A DNA stretch of 64,000 nucleotides from an uncultured Candidatus Binatia bacterium (lineage in GTDB: Bacteria; Desulfobacterota; Binatia; UBA9968; JAJDTQ01). The notes under the pieces are model-generated. The model did not search any database and had not been told where the DNA came from. It saw only the letters and a program-made list of their open reading frames with translations. This document shows positions 19,393 to 29,090 of the stretch, in pieces (the first letter of the stretch is position 1; the number at the start of each line of letters is the position of its first letter). Location: contig OZ243916.1 of assembly GCA_965213675.1 (NCBI GenBank), positions 32,001-96,000 of the forward strand, in the 5' to 3' direction. The position numbers were made by a program, and so were the translations under genes.

Positions 19393-19884
19393 TTGGCGAA
19401 AGAATTGATCATCGTGCGGCACGCCAAGTCGAGCTGGAAGGAACCCGGTCTCGACGACCGGGAGCGGCCTCTCAACAAGCGCGGCGAGCGGGACGCGCCC
19501 GAGATGGGCGCGCGCCTGGCGCGGCGCCGGCAAAGGCCCGATCTGATCGTGTCGAGTCCGGCGGTACGGGCACTGACGACGGCGCGAATCATCGCCAGGA
19601 AGCTCGGTTACGCGCGCAAGGACATCCTGGTGAAGGAGCGGCTCTACGGCGCCGGCGTCGCCGACTTGCTCGACGTGATTCGCAACGCGGACGAGTCCGT
19701 GGCCACGCTGATGCTGTTCGGGCACAACCCCGGCTTGAGCGAGCTTGCCAATCACCTGGGGCCGCGGCCGATTCCCAACATGCCCACTTGCGGCGTGCTG
19801 CATCTCAGGTTCAACGCGGACGCCTGGGCCGTCGTGGGTTACGCCCGGGGCGACGAGGTGCTGTTCGACTTTCCCAAGGATTGA
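19393..19884 (+). CDS. SixA-like histidine phosphatase
   Basis: RHAKSSW, D.ERPLNKRG, SSPAVRA, GHNPG; TTG start inferred. Confidence 0.88.
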   Translation: MAKELIIVRHAKSSWKEPGLDDRERPLNKRGERDAPEMGARLARRRQRPDLIVSSPAVRALTTARIIARKLGYARKDILVKERLYGAGVADLLDVIRNADESVATLMLFGHNPGLSELANHLGPRPIPNMPTCGVLHLRFNADAWAVVGYARGDEVLFDFPKD

Positions 19885-19949
19885 TTCCCCACGGGCACTC
19901 CACTTTTCTCAACTCTGCCGTCACGAATTTGTCGAGCGTGCCCGATGTG

Positions 19950-20258
19950 AGGATATCACCGTCAGGTCGCCGATCTTCGCGTGCAGCTCCCGTATCTATC
20001 CCTCGTGCTCCCCTCGTGCCCGCTCCGCTCCCTTTGTGAACACCTCCTTCATCCCCTCCACCGCCCGCTGCTTTCACGTGCTCACCGGTTCGGATGAACC
20101 TTGTGCCGCACAGCGATCTCCTGGATCGTCTTGTCCCCCCGCAGCGCCTCCAGCGCTTGGCCTTGAAGTCCCCGCTGAATCGCGGTCTCGTGCTCATTGC
20201 GTATCCCTGTCGGTGGAATACACCTTGGCAACCTGTCCGTTTTTCCGGGACCACCACA
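19950..20258 (-). mobile_element. IS3-family remnant: left inverted repeat plus frameshifted orfA pseudogene
   Basis: Minus strand begins TGTGGTGGTCCCGGAAAAACGGACAG; from ATG at 20197, stitched frames read MSTRPRFSGDFKAK/ALEALRGDKTIQEIAVRHKVHPN/VST*KQRAVEGMKEVF...ELHAKIGDLTV; no orfB. Confidence 0.8.
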
Positions 20259-20259
20259 C

Positions 20260-20424
20260 CTAGTGTGGTGTCTGGATAATTCGGGTCATAATCTGCGGGT
20301 CTTTTTCGCCGTCGGCTGCGTTGCTCTTCCTCGCGTGGTACACGCCACTGCTCGTCATCGCGCCTTGCCGACGACAAAAAATCCTCCGCAGATTATGACC
20401 CGAATTAACCAGACACCACACTAG
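20260..20424. mobile_element. MITE family A, copy 2
   Basis: Near-identical to 1528-1692; the right CTAG contains the TAG stop of the minus-strand M16 gene. Confidence 0.9.
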
Positions 20425-21740
20425 TGCTTCAGGGCCGCCTTGTGGAGGTTGCCGACCACTGTGAGGATGAGCTTGTCCGGTTGCAGATACTTCAGGGCGA
20501 CCCGCTGGATGTCCTCGGTGGTGACTTGCCGGACCAACTCCGGATAGCGGTCGGCGTAGTCCAGTCCCAGGTCGAGATACTCCACCTGTCCCAGAAATCC
20601 GGCGATGTCGCCGTTGGTCTCCAGACCCAGGGCGAAGTTGCCGGTAAGGTAGCTTTTGGCGTCCGCCAGTTCCTCTTCGGTGACGCTGTCGCGTCGGATG
20701 CGCTCGATTTCGGCCGTGGCGGTGGCGATGGCTTCACCGGCGCTCTCGTTGCGGGTCTGCATGGCCAACTGGAAGCGCCCGGTCTCCTTGCCCGCGAGGA
20801 AGTAGCTGTAGACGGAATAGGCCAGGCCGCGCTGGTTGCGGATGCTGTCCCCGAGCCGCGACGAGAGACTGCCGCCGCCCAGGATATGGTTCATCACGCG
20901 GATGGCGTAGTGGTCGGGGTTGGAACGGAGCGGCCCCTCGTGTCCCATGATGATGGTGGACTGGGTGAGGTTGCGGTCGATCTTGATCACGGTTCGTTTC
21001 GGCGGCTGCAAGGTCACGGGTGCGTCCGGGGCGCCGTCGCTCTTTTTCCAGTCCGCCAGAACCCCGGCGAGCCTTCCCTTCATTTCCTCGTGGGTGACGT
21101 CGCCCACGGCTACGAGAATGGCGCGGTCGGGACGATAGTAACGCCGGTGGAAGTCCACCACCGCGTCGCGGTCCAGGCCCTGGACCGAGTCCGAAGAGCC
21201 CTCCACCGGGCGGCCGTAGAAACTGCCCGGGTAGAGGGCGGCGCGAAACGCCTCCCGGGCGATGGCCCCGGGGCGGTCGCGCTTGGCCCGGATGGTGGCC
21301 CGGAGGGACTGTTTCGTGCGCTCCAGTTCCTTCTCGGGGAACGACGGCTCGGTCAGCGCCTCGCCCACGAGCGCCAGTCCGGTGTCCAGATCCCTCTTCA
21401 GGATGCTCAGGGTCACCGTGGCCAGTTCGCGGCCGGCATCGGTGCTCAGGTGGGCGCCCATGCCCTCCACAAGGCCGCTGATGGCCATGGAGTCGCGCGT
21501 GGGCGTACCCCGGGTCAGAAGCCGCGAGGTGAGGTTGGCCAAGCCGTGCCCGCCCGCGGGGTCGTAGCGCGATCCGGCGCGGATCAGCAGTTGCACGGAG
21601 ACGATGGGCAGCGCGGGCTGCTCCGAAGTCACCAGCACCATCCCGTTGGGGAGGCTCTCGCGTTGGGCGTTCATGGCGGCGAAGGCGGCGGCCTGCGGCG
21701 CCAGAATCAGGCACAGCAGAAGCGGCAGCCAGCGTTTCAT
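20421..21740 (-). CDS. M16 family peptidase, non-catalytic subunit
   Basis: AGSRYDP..GLANLT (no HxxEH), SSRL...R..RGLAYSV; signal peptide MKRWLPLLLCL. Confidence 0.9.
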   Translation of the reverse strand: MKRWLPLLLCLILAPQAAAFAAMNAQRESLPNGMVLVTSEQPALPIVSVQLLIRAGSRYDPAGGHGLANLTSRLLTRGTPTRDSMAISGLVEGMGAHLSTDAGRELATVTLSILKRDLDTGLALVGEALTEPSFPEKELERTKQSLRATIRAKRDRPGAIAREAFRAALYPGSFYGRPVEGSSDSVQGLDRDAVVDFHRRYYRPDRAILVAVGDVTHEEMKGRLAGVLADWKKSDGAPDAPVTLQPPKRTVIKIDRNLTQSTIIMGHEGPLRSNPDHYAIRVMNHILGGGSLSSRLGDSIRNQRGLAYSVYSYFLAGKETGRFQLAMQTRNESAGEAIATATAEIERIRRDSVTEEELADAKSYLTGNFALGLETNGDIAGFLGQVEYLDLGLDYADRYPELVRQVTTEDIQRVALKYLQPDKLILTVVGNLHKAALKH

Positions 21741-23074
21741 GAGCGTTGCCTCGGCTGCGGAACCAGGACTCCCACGGTACGGCGGTCTGGATCCAGGTAC
21801 TTTCGCGCCACCCGCTGGACGTCCTCGGTGGTGACCCCCTGAATGCCTCCAAGGTACTCGTTCATCCGGCGCCACCCGCCGGTCAGCTCATGGAAGCCGA
21901 CGCGCATGGCCTGGCCCCGGTTGGATTCCTGGGCGAAGATGAAGCTCGCCGCCACCTGGTTCCTGGCCTTGTCGAGTTCCGCCTGGGTGACGCCCTCGTC
22001 CCGCACCCCACCGGTCACCTCATCGATGGCCCTTTCCACCTCGGCAATGTCCTGGCCCGGCATGGCCTGGGCGCCGAAGGTGAAGGTGGTGGGATCGATG
22101 GAAACCCGGTGATAGCCTGCGTAGGCGTAGCGCGCGATGCGCCGATCGTACACCAGTTCCCGGTGGAGACGCGACGTGCGCCCGCGTGACAGGATCATTT
22201 CCAGCACGTCCAGGGCATAGCTGTCCGGGTGGCCCACCTCGGGCACATGGTATTGCATCATCACCGCGGGCAACTCCGCTTCCTTTTTGAACCGTACGCG
22301 CCGTTCGCCGCGTTGCGGCGGCTCGGTGAGCCCCACCTCGGGTGGCTCCGGCCCCGCTGGGATGCTGCCGAAATGCTTGCGGATCCGTGCCAGGATCTCC
22401 TCGCTGTCGAAGCCCCCGGCCACCACGATGAAGGCGTTGTTGGGTATGTACCAGGTTCGATAGAAGTCCCTGAGATCCTCCACGGTCATGCGCTCGATGT
22501 CCTCCGGCCAGCCGATGATGGGGCGGCGGTAGGGATGCACGGCGTAGGTTACGGCGTTGGTGATTTCCGCCAGGGCGGCGCGCGGGCGGTCGTCGGTGCG
22601 CTGCCGCCGTTCTTCCTGCACCACCTTCTTTTCGGGCTTGAAGTGGACCTCTTCCAGGCGCGCGTTGGCCATGCGGTCGCCCTCGAGTTCGATGGCGACG
22701 CCGATGGATTCCCGGCTCATGGTGGCGTGGTACACGGTGGCGTCGCGGGAGGTGAAGGCGTTGGAGCGGCCGCCGTTTTTCTGGATGATGCGGGCGTATT
22801 CCTCGGGCGCCACCTTGTCGGTGCCCTTGAACATCATGTGCTCGAGAAAGTGGGCGATGCCGCTTTTGCCGTCCACCTCGTTACGCGAGCCCACGCGGTA
22901 CCACACCTGGAAGGTAACCGCGGGGCTCCGGTGGTTCTCCAGCAGCAGCACCTTGAGGCCGTTGTCGAGGACTTCCTCACGGATGTCCACCATTCCCTTG
23001 GGTGCCGTCGCCCCGGCCACGGCCGGGAGCAGGGTGAGCAGGGTGATGCCAGCGAGGCGATGTGTCCATACCAT
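21737..23074 (-). CDS. M16 family zinc peptidase, catalytic subunit
   Basis: GIAHFLEHMMFKGT (HxxEH), NAFTS, VVQEERR; 4-nt overlap with the next gene. Confidence 0.92.
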   Translation of the reverse strand: MVWTHRLAGITLLTLLPAVAGATAPKGMVDIREEVLDNGLKVLLLENHRSPAVTFQVWYRVGSRNEVDGKSGIAHFLEHMMFKGTDKVAPEEYARIIQKNGGRSNAFTSRDATVYHATMSRESIGVAIELEGDRMANARLEEVHFKPEKKVVQEERRQRTDDRPRAALAEITNAVTYAVHPYRRPIIGWPEDIERMTVEDLRDFYRTWYIPNNAFIVVAGGFDSEEILARIRKHFGSIPAGPEPPEVGLTEPPQRGERRVRFKKEAELPAVMMQYHVPEVGHPDSYALDVLEMILSRGRTSRLHRELVYDRRIARYAYAGYHRVSIDPTTFTFGAQAMPGQDIAEVERAIDEVTGGVRDEGVTQAELDKARNQVAASFIFAQESNRGQAMRVGFHELTGGWRRMNEYLGGIQGVTTEDVQRVARKYLDPDRRTVGVLVPQPRQRS

Positions 23075-23161
23075 GACTTTGAGAATATCGGGCACGCGAG
23101 GCGGGCGCAACAGCGCTCCCGGCGCCGGCATCGCCCCGGCTTCCCGCCCTCCGCGCCGGCT

Positions 23162-24202
23162 TCAACGCCCGTTGGCTGCGGCCGCGCGGCGCGGTATCAG
23201 CGCACCGAGTCCGTGGCGCCGCATCCGTTCGATAAAGGTGGTGCGGTTCAGACCCAACAGGTTTGCGGCGGCTGTCTTGTTGCCGTCGACACGCTCCAGT
23301 GCCTGAAGCATCATTTCGTGTTGGAACCGGCCAATGCATTGATCGATGTCGATGCCGTCGCCGGGCAGGATGAACTCGGGCAGCAACGTGGCGTCCCCGG
23401 ACGACTTCAGGTATCCCGAGAGTTCGGGCACATCCTGGGCGCGGATCTCCGAATGGTCCGTGAGGGTGACCAGCCGCTCGATGAGGTTCTCCATTTCCCG
23501 CACGTTGCCCGGCCAGTCATAGGCCTGCAGGCGCGTCACCGCGGCCTCCTCGATGGTCCGTGGAGGGTTGCCGCTGTAACGTTTCAAGAAATGTTGAATC
23601 AAGGGAGGGATGTCCTCCCGACGCGCCCGCAAGGGAGGGAGTTCCAGGGCAAGGATGGCCAGCCGATAATACAGGTCCTCGCGGAACAGTCCTGCCGGGA
23701 TGGCTTCCCGCAGGTCACGATTGGTGGCGGCGACGAAACGCGCGTTGGTGCGTGTGGCGACGTCGCTACCCAACGGATTGAATTCGCGCTCTTGAAGGAC
23801 GCGCAACAGCTTGGCCTGAAGCCTGGGAGTGATCTCGCCGATCTCGTCCAGGAAAATGGTTCCTTCCTTGGCGGTCATGAAACGTCCCGACCGGGATTGC
23901 TGTGCGCCGGTAAAGGCGCCTCGGACATGGCCGAACAGCTCGTTCTCCAACAGATCCTCGGGTATGGCGCCGCAGTTGACGGCTATGAACGGCTCGTCCG
24001 CGCGCTTGCTGCGGTCGTGAATGGTCCTGGCAATGAGCTCCTTGCCGGTACCGCTCTCGCCGGTGATGAGGACCGTCGAATCGCTCGCGGCGATCCTCAG
24101 GGTGAGATCGAAGACGCGCTGCATGGCGTCACTCTGCCCGATCATGGAACCGAACGTGTCACAGAGAGGTTCGCCCATTGGCTGATGGTTCGTTTGCTCC
24201 AT
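23162..24202 (-). CDS. sigma54-dependent activator (AAA+ and Fis HTH), no N-terminal sensor domain
   Basis: [48 protein letters not shown]. Confidence 0.93.
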   Translation of the reverse strand: MEQTNHQPMGEPLCDTFGSMIGQSDAMQRVFDLTLRIAASDSTVLITGESGTGKELIARTIHDRSKRADEPFIAVNCGAIPEDLLENELFGHVRGAFTGAQQSRSGRFMTAKEGTIFLDEIGEITPRLQAKLLRVLQEREFNPLGSDVATRTNARFVAATNRDLREAIPAGLFREDLYYRLAILALELPPLRARREDIPPLIQHFLKRYSGNPPRTIEEAAVTRLQAYDWPGNVREMENLIERLVTLTDHSEIRAQDVPELSGYLKSSGDATLLPEFILPGDGIDIDQCIGRFQHEMMLQALERVDGNKTAAANLLGLNRTTFIERMRRHGLGALIPRRAAAANGR

Positions 24203-24247
24203 TCTTGTCTCCCAAGTTTAATACTATCTGTACAATATTGATATGGA

Positions 24248-24265
24248 ATGCAAACGGCGGGCCAA
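24248..24265 (-). promoter_or_regulatory. sigma54 -24/-12 promoter
   Basis: Minus strand TTGGCCCGCCGTTTGCAT (GG-N10-GC), 46 nt upstream of the activator ATG. Confidence 0.65.
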
Positions 24266-24569
24266 GGCGGTTCGTTGTGCCCTTGCTGAAATTTTGCTCC
24301 ATGCATGAAGAAAGGAGGGTTCGCCGCGTTTTCTCGGAGGAGGGTTGTCAATACTATGACAATCCCTTTCCTTTGAAACTTGAGGTATGCTGGCTAACGG
24401 TTGGGACTAGCGTATCCTCCGGGTGTCATGATGCTGACAAGTGATCGTCGAATTTGCGCCGAGACAAGGCGCCATCCGTGTAAATCGGGGCCGTTGGGCG
24501 GCGGCCGGCGCTTGCTTGAAATGGCGGAACGGGGCAGTAAACTGAAAACCTTGCCGTGAGGAGCGTGGC

Positions 24570-25460
24570 TTGATGAGTGAACCAGACCGCAAGTCGGCGA
24601 CTGCTGCCGGCGCGAAGAGCGTACCCCCTGTCCCCCTCACTTTGGAGGGCTGGAGCATTCTCCACCAGATGTTCCGCATCCGCTGGCCGGAGTGGAACGC
24701 CGTGGCCCCGGCGCCCCATCAGCGAGCCGTGGACGAGGCCGTCACGGTGCTCAAGGCGATGGAGCAAACCGCGGACGGCCGCACGGGGCTGGTGTCGCTC
24801 CTGGGCCACAAGGGCGACTTGATGCTGATCCACTTCCGGGACTCGATGGACGCCCTGAACGAGGCCGAGCTGGCGCTGGCCCAACTCAAGCTGGCGCCCT
24901 TCCTGGAGCCAACCACCTCGTATCTCTCGGTGGTGGAGTTGGGCCTCTACAGCGCCTCGGGCCAGCTCTACCGCTCACTGCAAGAGAAAGGCGTTGCAAA
25001 CGATACGCCGGAGTGGAAGGAGCAGGTGGACGCCTATCTGGCCCAGGCGCGCATGACCATGAAGGATCGCCTGCGGCCCGACATCCCCCCACGCCGCTAC
25101 GTCTGTTTCTACCCCATGGACAAGAAGCGTGGGGAGGCCAGGAACTGGTATGACGCGCCCTTCGCCGAGCGTCAGAGGATGATGGCGGACCACGGCTTCA
25201 TCGGCCGGCGTTACGCCGGCCGGGTGATCCAGGTCATCTCCGGTTCCATCGGTTTTGACGACTGGGAGTGGGGCGTGGACCTATTCGCGGACGATCCGGT
25301 GGTGTTCAAGAAGCTGATCTACGAGATGCGCTTCGACGAGGCCAGCGCGCTCTACGGCCTGTTCGGGCCGTTCTACCTGGGGCTGCAGTTCCGGGCGGAG
25401 GCGCTGGGGGCGTTGCTGGAGGGGCGGACGCCGGGGTTCGGGACGGATCCCGCTGCGTGA
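24570..25460 (+). CDS. hemQ: chlorite dismutase family heme protein, likely coproheme decarboxylase (ChdC/HemQ)
   Basis: TLEGWSILHQMF, GHKGDLM, SYLSVVEL, FYPMDKKR, NWY, HG.IGR.YAG, DDWEWGVDLF, YEMRFDE.SA.Y. Confidence 0.8.
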   Translation: MMSEPDRKSATAAGAKSVPPVPLTLEGWSILHQMFRIRWPEWNAVAPAPHQRAVDEAVTVLKAMEQTADGRTGLVSLLGHKGDLMLIHFRDSMDALNEAELALAQLKLAPFLEPTTSYLSVVELGLYSASGQLYRSLQEKGVANDTPEWKEQVDAYLAQARMTMKDRLRPDIPPRRYVCFYPMDKKRGEARNWYDAPFAERQRMMADHGFIGRRYAGRVIQVISGSIGFDDWEWGVDLFADDPVVFKKLIYEMRFDEASALYGLFGPFYLGLQFRAEALGALLEGRTPGFGTDPAA

Positions 25461-25505
25461 CAAGCTTCCGTTACATGGTTGGCGGCGCTCTCAGGCCCAA
25501 CCGCA

Positions 25506-26549
25506 TCAGAACTCGATCCCGATCTCCCTTGCACTCGCCAGGTTGAAGATTCGGCTGGCGATGGCGATGTCGGCGACGCCCTGTCCCGCGTTGTTCTTGA
25601 ACAGGGTAATCTGGTCCGGTGAGGTGCGCCCGGGGATCCGGCCCGTCAACAGATCGCTCAGATTGCCGACCTGGTCCCACTGGAGGATGCCTTTCTCCAC
25701 GGGCTCGTAGAAGTCTCCCTGCTGGTCCTGGATGGCCTGCTCGCGGGAGTTGGCGACGATGACGTCGGCGCGCTGCACGGTGGTGTCGTCGATCTCGCGG
25801 CGCCTTTGCTTGATGAGGCCGGCGTTCATGAGGCCGACGTTGCCGCCCACGATGGAAGTGACGTGCATGCCGGGCTCGAGCCACACGCCGTCGAACACCG
25901 GCACGTTGGAGTTGGTGGCGGTGAGTACCACGTCGGCGCCCTGGACGGCTTCCCGGGGGCTGTCCGCCGGGACGATCTCGCACGGCACCAGCGGCTGCAT
26001 CTCCTCGCAGAAAGCGGCGCGGCTCTCGGGGGTGCGGCAGAAGAGCTGCACCCGCTTGAAGGAACGGATGGCGGCGAAGGCCAGCAGGTGGTACTTGGCT
26101 TCGGCGCCGGCGCCGAGGAGGGCGAGCACCGCAGCGTCTTCACGTGCCATGTGGCGGGTGCCCACAGCGCTCGTGGCGGATGTGCGCAGTTGCGTGGCGC
26201 GGGTGGCGGGCACGCTCGCCACGCCGAAGCGGCCCACCAGCACCCCTTTCAGGGAAGAGTCTTTGGTGTCGAACAGCACCACGCACGGGCGCCCCGCGTG
26301 GTCGTAGGTCTGGTTCTCCGTGGACGCGGCCACGAACTCCGAGTGGGCCAGCACGCCGATGCCGCCCAGGCTGGGCACGCCGCCGGGATGCACGCTCACC
26401 CGCGCGCCTTCCCGGGTCATGACCCTGCGCCGTGGCGCGTTGAGTTCCGCGTTGTCCCCCAACTCCTGGAAGCCCGCCTCCACGGCGTCGATGGCTTCCT
26501 CCATGGTGATGACTTCGGCCGCGTCCTCGGCCCGGATCAGTAGCGCCAC
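25506..26549 (-). CDS. ornithine cyclodeaminase / mu-crystallin family
   Basis: LRTSATSAV, GAGAEA, ADVVLTATNS, PGMHV, ITLFKN..G.G..D. Confidence 0.9.
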   Translation of the reverse strand: MALLIRAEDAAEVITMEEAIDAVEAGFQELGDNAELNAPRRRVMTREGARVSVHPGGVPSLGGIGVLAHSEFVAASTENQTYDHAGRPCVVLFDTKDSSLKGVLVGRFGVASVPATRATQLRTSATSAVGTRHMAREDAAVLALLGAGAEAKYHLLAFAAIRSFKRVQLFCRTPESRAAFCEEMQPLVPCEIVPADSPREAVQGADVVLTATNSNVPVFDGVWLEPGMHVTSIVGGNVGLMNAGLIKQRRREIDDTTVQRADVIVANSREQAIQDQQGDFYEPVEKGILQWDQVGNLSDLLTGRIPGRTSPDQITLFKNNAGQGVADIAIASRIFNLASAREIGIEF

Positions 26550-26728
26550 TTCGTTTCAGTCCTTTCAGGGGTTGCGCGCGCGGCGACCGGTTCGACCATG
26601 ACGTTGATGGATGAATCAACACGCAGTGCTTCGCGCGCGCGGCGACGGCCGGTCGCGCCTACAGGTCATCGCGCATTGCCGGCAAGGACAATCCTCCGCA
26701 CATTTGCGCGAGTTGGCCGAACATCACA

Positions 26729-27949
26729 CTACGGGGCGGAAGCCCCGTCCGCCGTGGCCGGAACCGTCCGGGCAATGGCCCTTTCGTCGATGGGCCAGTG
26801 GATGATGGCGGCCGCGACGCCCAGGCCCACGGCGGTCCACCAGACGATGTCGTAGGAGCCGGTGTAGTCGAACAGCACGCCGCCGAGCCAGATGCCGATG
26901 AAGCTGCCGATCTGGTGGTCCAGGAACACGATGCCGTAGAGCATGGCCATGTAACGGGTGCCGAAGACCTGGGCGACGATGCCGCTGGTAAGGGGGATGG
27001 TGCTCAGGAAGAGCAGCCCCATGACCGATGAGAACACGATCACGCTGGTGTCCGTCATCGGCACCAGGAAGAACCCGGTCATGACCACCGCGCGCATGAA
27101 GTAGATGAAGCTCAGCAGGTTCTTCTTGCTGTAGCGGTTACCCAAGGCGCCGGCGGCCAGGCAGCCGAAGACGTTGAAGAACCCCAGGAGCGAGATGGCG
27201 GTGGCGCCGAGCCCCGGGGACAACCCGTTGTCCACCAGGAGCGCGGGCAGGTGCTGGGCGATGAACAGCGTCTGGAACCCGCACACGAAGAAGCCCGCGG
27301 TCAACAGCAGGTAGCCCGAGTGGCGCCGGGCCTCGCCCAGGGCCTGCCACAGGGTCTGCTCGCGCTGCACCGCGGCGGGTGTGTTCTCGACCAGCGCCGA
27401 CGACAGCGGGACGATGAGGCCGGCCACCAGCGCCAGCAGCACCAGGGTCTCGACCCAGCCGTAGGACGACAGGAACACCTGCGTGAACGGCACCACCAGG
27501 AACTGCCCGGAGGAGCCGCCGGCGCTGCCGATGCCCAGGTAGATTCCGCGCCACTTGGCGGGGGCGCTGCGGCCGATGACGGCGAGCACGAGCGAGAAGC
27601 TGGTGCCGCTCATGGCCACGCCCGTGAGCAGGGCGGTGCTCAGGGTCATGCTCAGCGGATCCGTGGACACGGACATGAGGTAGAGTCCGGCCATATAGGC
27701 GACGGCGCTCAGGGCCACCACCTTGGCCGAGCCGTAGCGGTCGGCGAGGCCCCCGAGGAACGGCTGCGCCAGGCCCCAGATCAGGCTCTGGAGCGCCACG
27801 GCCAGGGAGAAGACGCCGCGCGGCCACCCGAACGAGTCGCTGATGGGAGTGAGGAACAGGCCGTAGGTCTGGCGGATGCCGAAGGCCAGCATCATCACCA
27901 GAGTGCCACAGACGAGTACGACCACCGGGGTGCGCCAGGAACGTTGCAT
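26729..27949 (-). CDS. MFS transporter
   Basis: About 12 hydrophobic segments, GGLADRYG, GFFVCGF, HQIGSF.G.WLGG. Confidence 0.92.
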   Translation of the reverse strand: MQRSWRTPVVVLVCGTLVMMLAFGIRQTYGLFLTPISDSFGWPRGVFSLAVALQSLIWGLAQPFLGGLADRYGSAKVVALSAVAYMAGLYLMSVSTDPLSMTLSTALLTGVAMSGTSFSLVLAVIGRSAPAKWRGIYLGIGSAGGSSGQFLVVPFTQVFLSSYGWVETLVLLALVAGLIVPLSSALVENTPAAVQREQTLWQALGEARRHSGYLLLTAGFFVCGFQTLFIAQHLPALLVDNGLSPGLGATAISLLGFFNVFGCLAAGALGNRYSKKNLLSFIYFMRAVVMTGFFLVPMTDTSVIVFSSVMGLLFLSTIPLTSGIVAQVFGTRYMAMLYGIVFLDHQIGSFIGIWLGGVLFDYTGSYDIVWWTAVGLGVAAAIIHWPIDERAIARTVPATADGASAP

Positions 27950-28009
27950 GGGTGTGATGAGTCATAGAGGGTGCGGGGGTTCCGGGTCAAGCCCGGCTTC
28001 CCGCACCCG

Positions 28010-28036
28010 CTGGATTCCCGCTTGCAGGGGAATGAG
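28010..28036. repeat. REP/dRS3-like palindrome, second copy
   Basis: ctggattcccgcttgcaggggaatgag resembles the reverse complement of 1745-1775. Confidence 0.55.
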
Positions 28037-28166
28037 GAAGAGTAGGGCGGAAAGACGGAGAGGCGGGCTAAAGGAAGAGGAGGGTGGAGTTGAGGCGAGG
28101 CGGGGGTGACAAGGCGACCGGCATTCGTGCATAAAGGTCGACAGTTTATCATGCGGAGGTGTTGCG

Positions 28167-29063
28167 ATGGCTTTCAGGATCGGCACGGCGGATGCGGGCG
28201 GCACGTTCGACACCCAAGGCGCGGCGGTGGCACAGGTGTTCAACGAATCCCGCCCGCCCGAGGCACACTGCGAGCTCACGCGCAGCTTCGCGAGCATCGA
28301 CAACGCCAACCGGCTCCATCGGGGCGAGATCGAGTTCGGCTTCATGGCCTCCAACTGGACGCCGCGGGCGGCGCGGGGGACGGCGCCCTTCGACCACCCC
28401 ATCGGACTGCGCATGGTGTCGCCGGCCAACGCCGGCCCGATCTTCTTCGTCACCCTCGCGGACTCGCCCGTGGGGAACATCGCCGATCTCGCCGGCAAGC
28501 GGGTGGCGGTGGGGGCCAGGGACAGCGGCATGACCCAGCACGTCCACACCCTCTGCGATGCGCTGGGCGTTCCCTTCTCGGACTTCGACCCGGTCTACAT
28601 GACCTTCCCGGAGGGAGCGGACGCCCTGGTGGCGGGGGAGGTGGACGTCCAGTTCCAGTGCCCGATCCCCAATGCGGTGATGACCGACCTGAGCGAGCGG
28701 GCCCGGGTCAAGGTGGTCCCGTACCGCGAGGACCAGATCGAGGACGTGCTCTCCAAGGTCCCGTTCTACCGGCGGGTCGTGATGCGCCGGGGCGCCTTCC
28801 GCGGAGTGGACGAAGATATCCCCCAGCTTGCGGTGCTCAACGTCCTGGTGAGCCACGAGCGGGTGGACGAGGAGCTCGTCTACGAGTTCGCCTCGACGCT
28901 GGTGCGGAACGCCGAAGCGCTGGCCCGGATCAATCCCCTGTTCGACACATTGGCCGAGCTTTACGAACCGCTACGGACCCAGGGCGCCGCGGCGCTGGAG
29001 CTGGACGGGGTGCCGCTGCATCCCGGAGCGGTGAGGGCCTACCGGGACGCGGGTTATCTTTGA
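28167..29063 (+). CDS. TAXI-family TRAP solute-binding-type protein, no signal peptide
   Basis: IGTA..GGTF, S.DN...L..GE, DLAGKRVAVG..SG, PLHPGA.R.YR; GGAGG RBS before the ATG. Confidence 0.82.
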   Translation: MAFRIGTADAGGTFDTQGAAVAQVFNESRPPEAHCELTRSFASIDNANRLHRGEIEFGFMASNWTPRAARGTAPFDHPIGLRMVSPANAGPIFFVTLADSPVGNIADLAGKRVAVGARDSGMTQHVHTLCDALGVPFSDFDPVYMTFPEGADALVAGEVDVQFQCPIPNAVMTDLSERARVKVVPYREDQIEDVLSKVPFYRRVVMRRGAFRGVDEDIPQLAVLNVLVSHERVDEELVYEFASTLVRNAEALARINPLFDTLAELYEPLRTQGAAALELDGVPLHPGAVRAYRDAGYL

Positions 29064-29090
29064 CACCGGCCCCGGATCCGGAGAGGTGCC

